Below are positions 62,593 through 64,000 of a stretch of 64,000 nucleotides of DNA, piece after piece. The translations under genes were made by a program, and so were the position numbers. Positions within the stretch are counted from its first letter, which is position 1. Each line of letters starts with the position of its first letter. Below the pieces are notes generated by a model that had not been told where the DNA came from, did not search any database, and was given only the letters and a program-made list of their open reading frames with translations. The stretch is from Phyllobates terribilis (taxonomy: Eukaryota): the NCBI RefSeq assembly GCF_046119375.1, contig NW_027362763.1, positions 183,272,001 through 183,336,000 on the forward strand, given 5' to 3'.

Positions 62593-64000
62593 GAGCATGC
62601 AGAATCAGCAGCTCTCCCACGACTACCTTGCTCAGATACCTTACATGTGATCTGTCAAAACCACAGAGAAGACTAGTTCGATTTATACAGTCGTGTGCAC
62701 AAGCCCTAATTCACATGTGAGGTCCTCCAGAGTGAGAGGTGCTCTGAGGAGCTAAAGAAAGAGAATTGACAGCAGCAGAAGTAAAGCTCCTATATAGATG
62801 TCATCTAAAAAGTAGTAGGCAAAAATATCTGATCCTTCTGCAATCTTCTGGTGAATATCCTGGTTTGGACTATTTGTATCCAAAAGTCACATGGATATAT
62901 TAGTCTGAGATGTTTCATCAAATTTGTATCTAATATATATTAGGATATTTCATAACAAATTTGACTGCAACCAGGGCTGAGCTGTAATACCGGACGTGGC
63001 CTATGGTCAAGAGTGGCAGCATTTCTGGAAAAATGCTAATGCTTCATTCTAAATCCAGATCAATAGGGTGAAATGTCAGCTAGCAAATCTGTTAAAAACT
63101 AATGAAGCCTTTGTACCCCCACCGGCCTGCAAAGGTCACAATTTTGGGATCCTCCAATGCAGAATTGATTCTCTCTCTTATCATGATCATACATTGCCAG
63201 GAAGGATTTTTAGGAGAGCGCAGAATCGTATGAAATCCACTGAACAGTCAAAGATCAAAACTGTTTAGAAATCTTGCAGTTCGTCTGAGAAAATCTGCAG
63301 TGCTTTTAATATGACAGCTTTTCACGTATAAAAAGGCGTGAGTTTTGTAACCAAGGGCTGAAGGGCATAACGGCAAGACAGTGAGCAAATAAGAAATTAA
63401 AGAAAAGATGAAAGAAAAGACTGCAAATCCATCAAGAAGGGAGGGCTGCCCTACAAAGAGCAATTACTTTGATCTACTGTAGAGGTAGTGGGGGAAAAAA
63501 ATCAATAAATAATTCAATTTCCCAGTGAATGAAGGCCGACCGCAGCGCTGAATGGATGAAAATGAATAAAGTCAACATCACCTTTGACTCTGACAAGACG
63601 ATCCTGCACTTAGAGATTTTGGTTCCCCCCTAACGTTTAATCTGTCAACAGCAGAATCTGTAGATTTAACCCCATAATGCAAGGTGACACCGCGCTGTCA
63701 AATCTGCACAGAGCGCGACTTATCCCGGCGAAATAAATCCTCTCTATGATTTCTCAATCATGTTCATCTTCATTACACAGAGCACAATCTCCTAGGACAG
63801 AACACCGTTACTGTATGTGTATGCGCACAGAGTTTGGCTGAAAAATCAACATCTAAGAAAATCACTTCTAAAGGACGTGTGGTTTTTGTTGTGGGTTTGT
63901 AAGGACACGCACTTTTTGGTGCTGTTTTGATGCGGCTTTTGACATAATTTTTTTTTTTCAGTGTGGTTTTTTTTATGGGTTTTCAGTTATAATATGGGAT

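Noticed and set aside
1-64000. Other ephb1 exons (exon 3 ligand-binding, exon 5 FN3)
   Set aside because: No matching translation in the ORF track; they must lie outside the window.

Overview
Vertebrate genomic DNA. The T2/Kolobok MITEs, V-SINE, CR1/L2 and Tc1 families point to an anuran amphibian (inference). The only host coding sequence is one 156-bp minus-strand exon of an Eph receptor that best matches EphB1 exon 4 (7717-7872). The rest is intronic: a long upstream intron of >56 kb and the start of the downstream intron, both dense with transposons. These include four Tc1-type elements plus a fragment, one of them a nearly intact DD38E/Intruder element. There is also a recent gag-only LTR element with 2-kb LTRs and a Tf1/sushi-like self-priming signal, three solo LTRs, many MITEs, and two three-layer nests. 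The most striking signal lies outside the ORF track: at least eight hammerhead-ribozyme motifs, some intact and some damaged, plus two remnants. They include a 332-nt tandem non-LTR-retrozyme/satellite-2-like unit with an octamer plus SPH-like promoter module (44.4-45.2 kb) and a Penelope-like cluster with two hammerhead types, one carrying a U3-A8 covariant core (55.6-57.2 kb). All assignments were made by eye; no database searches or folding programs were run.
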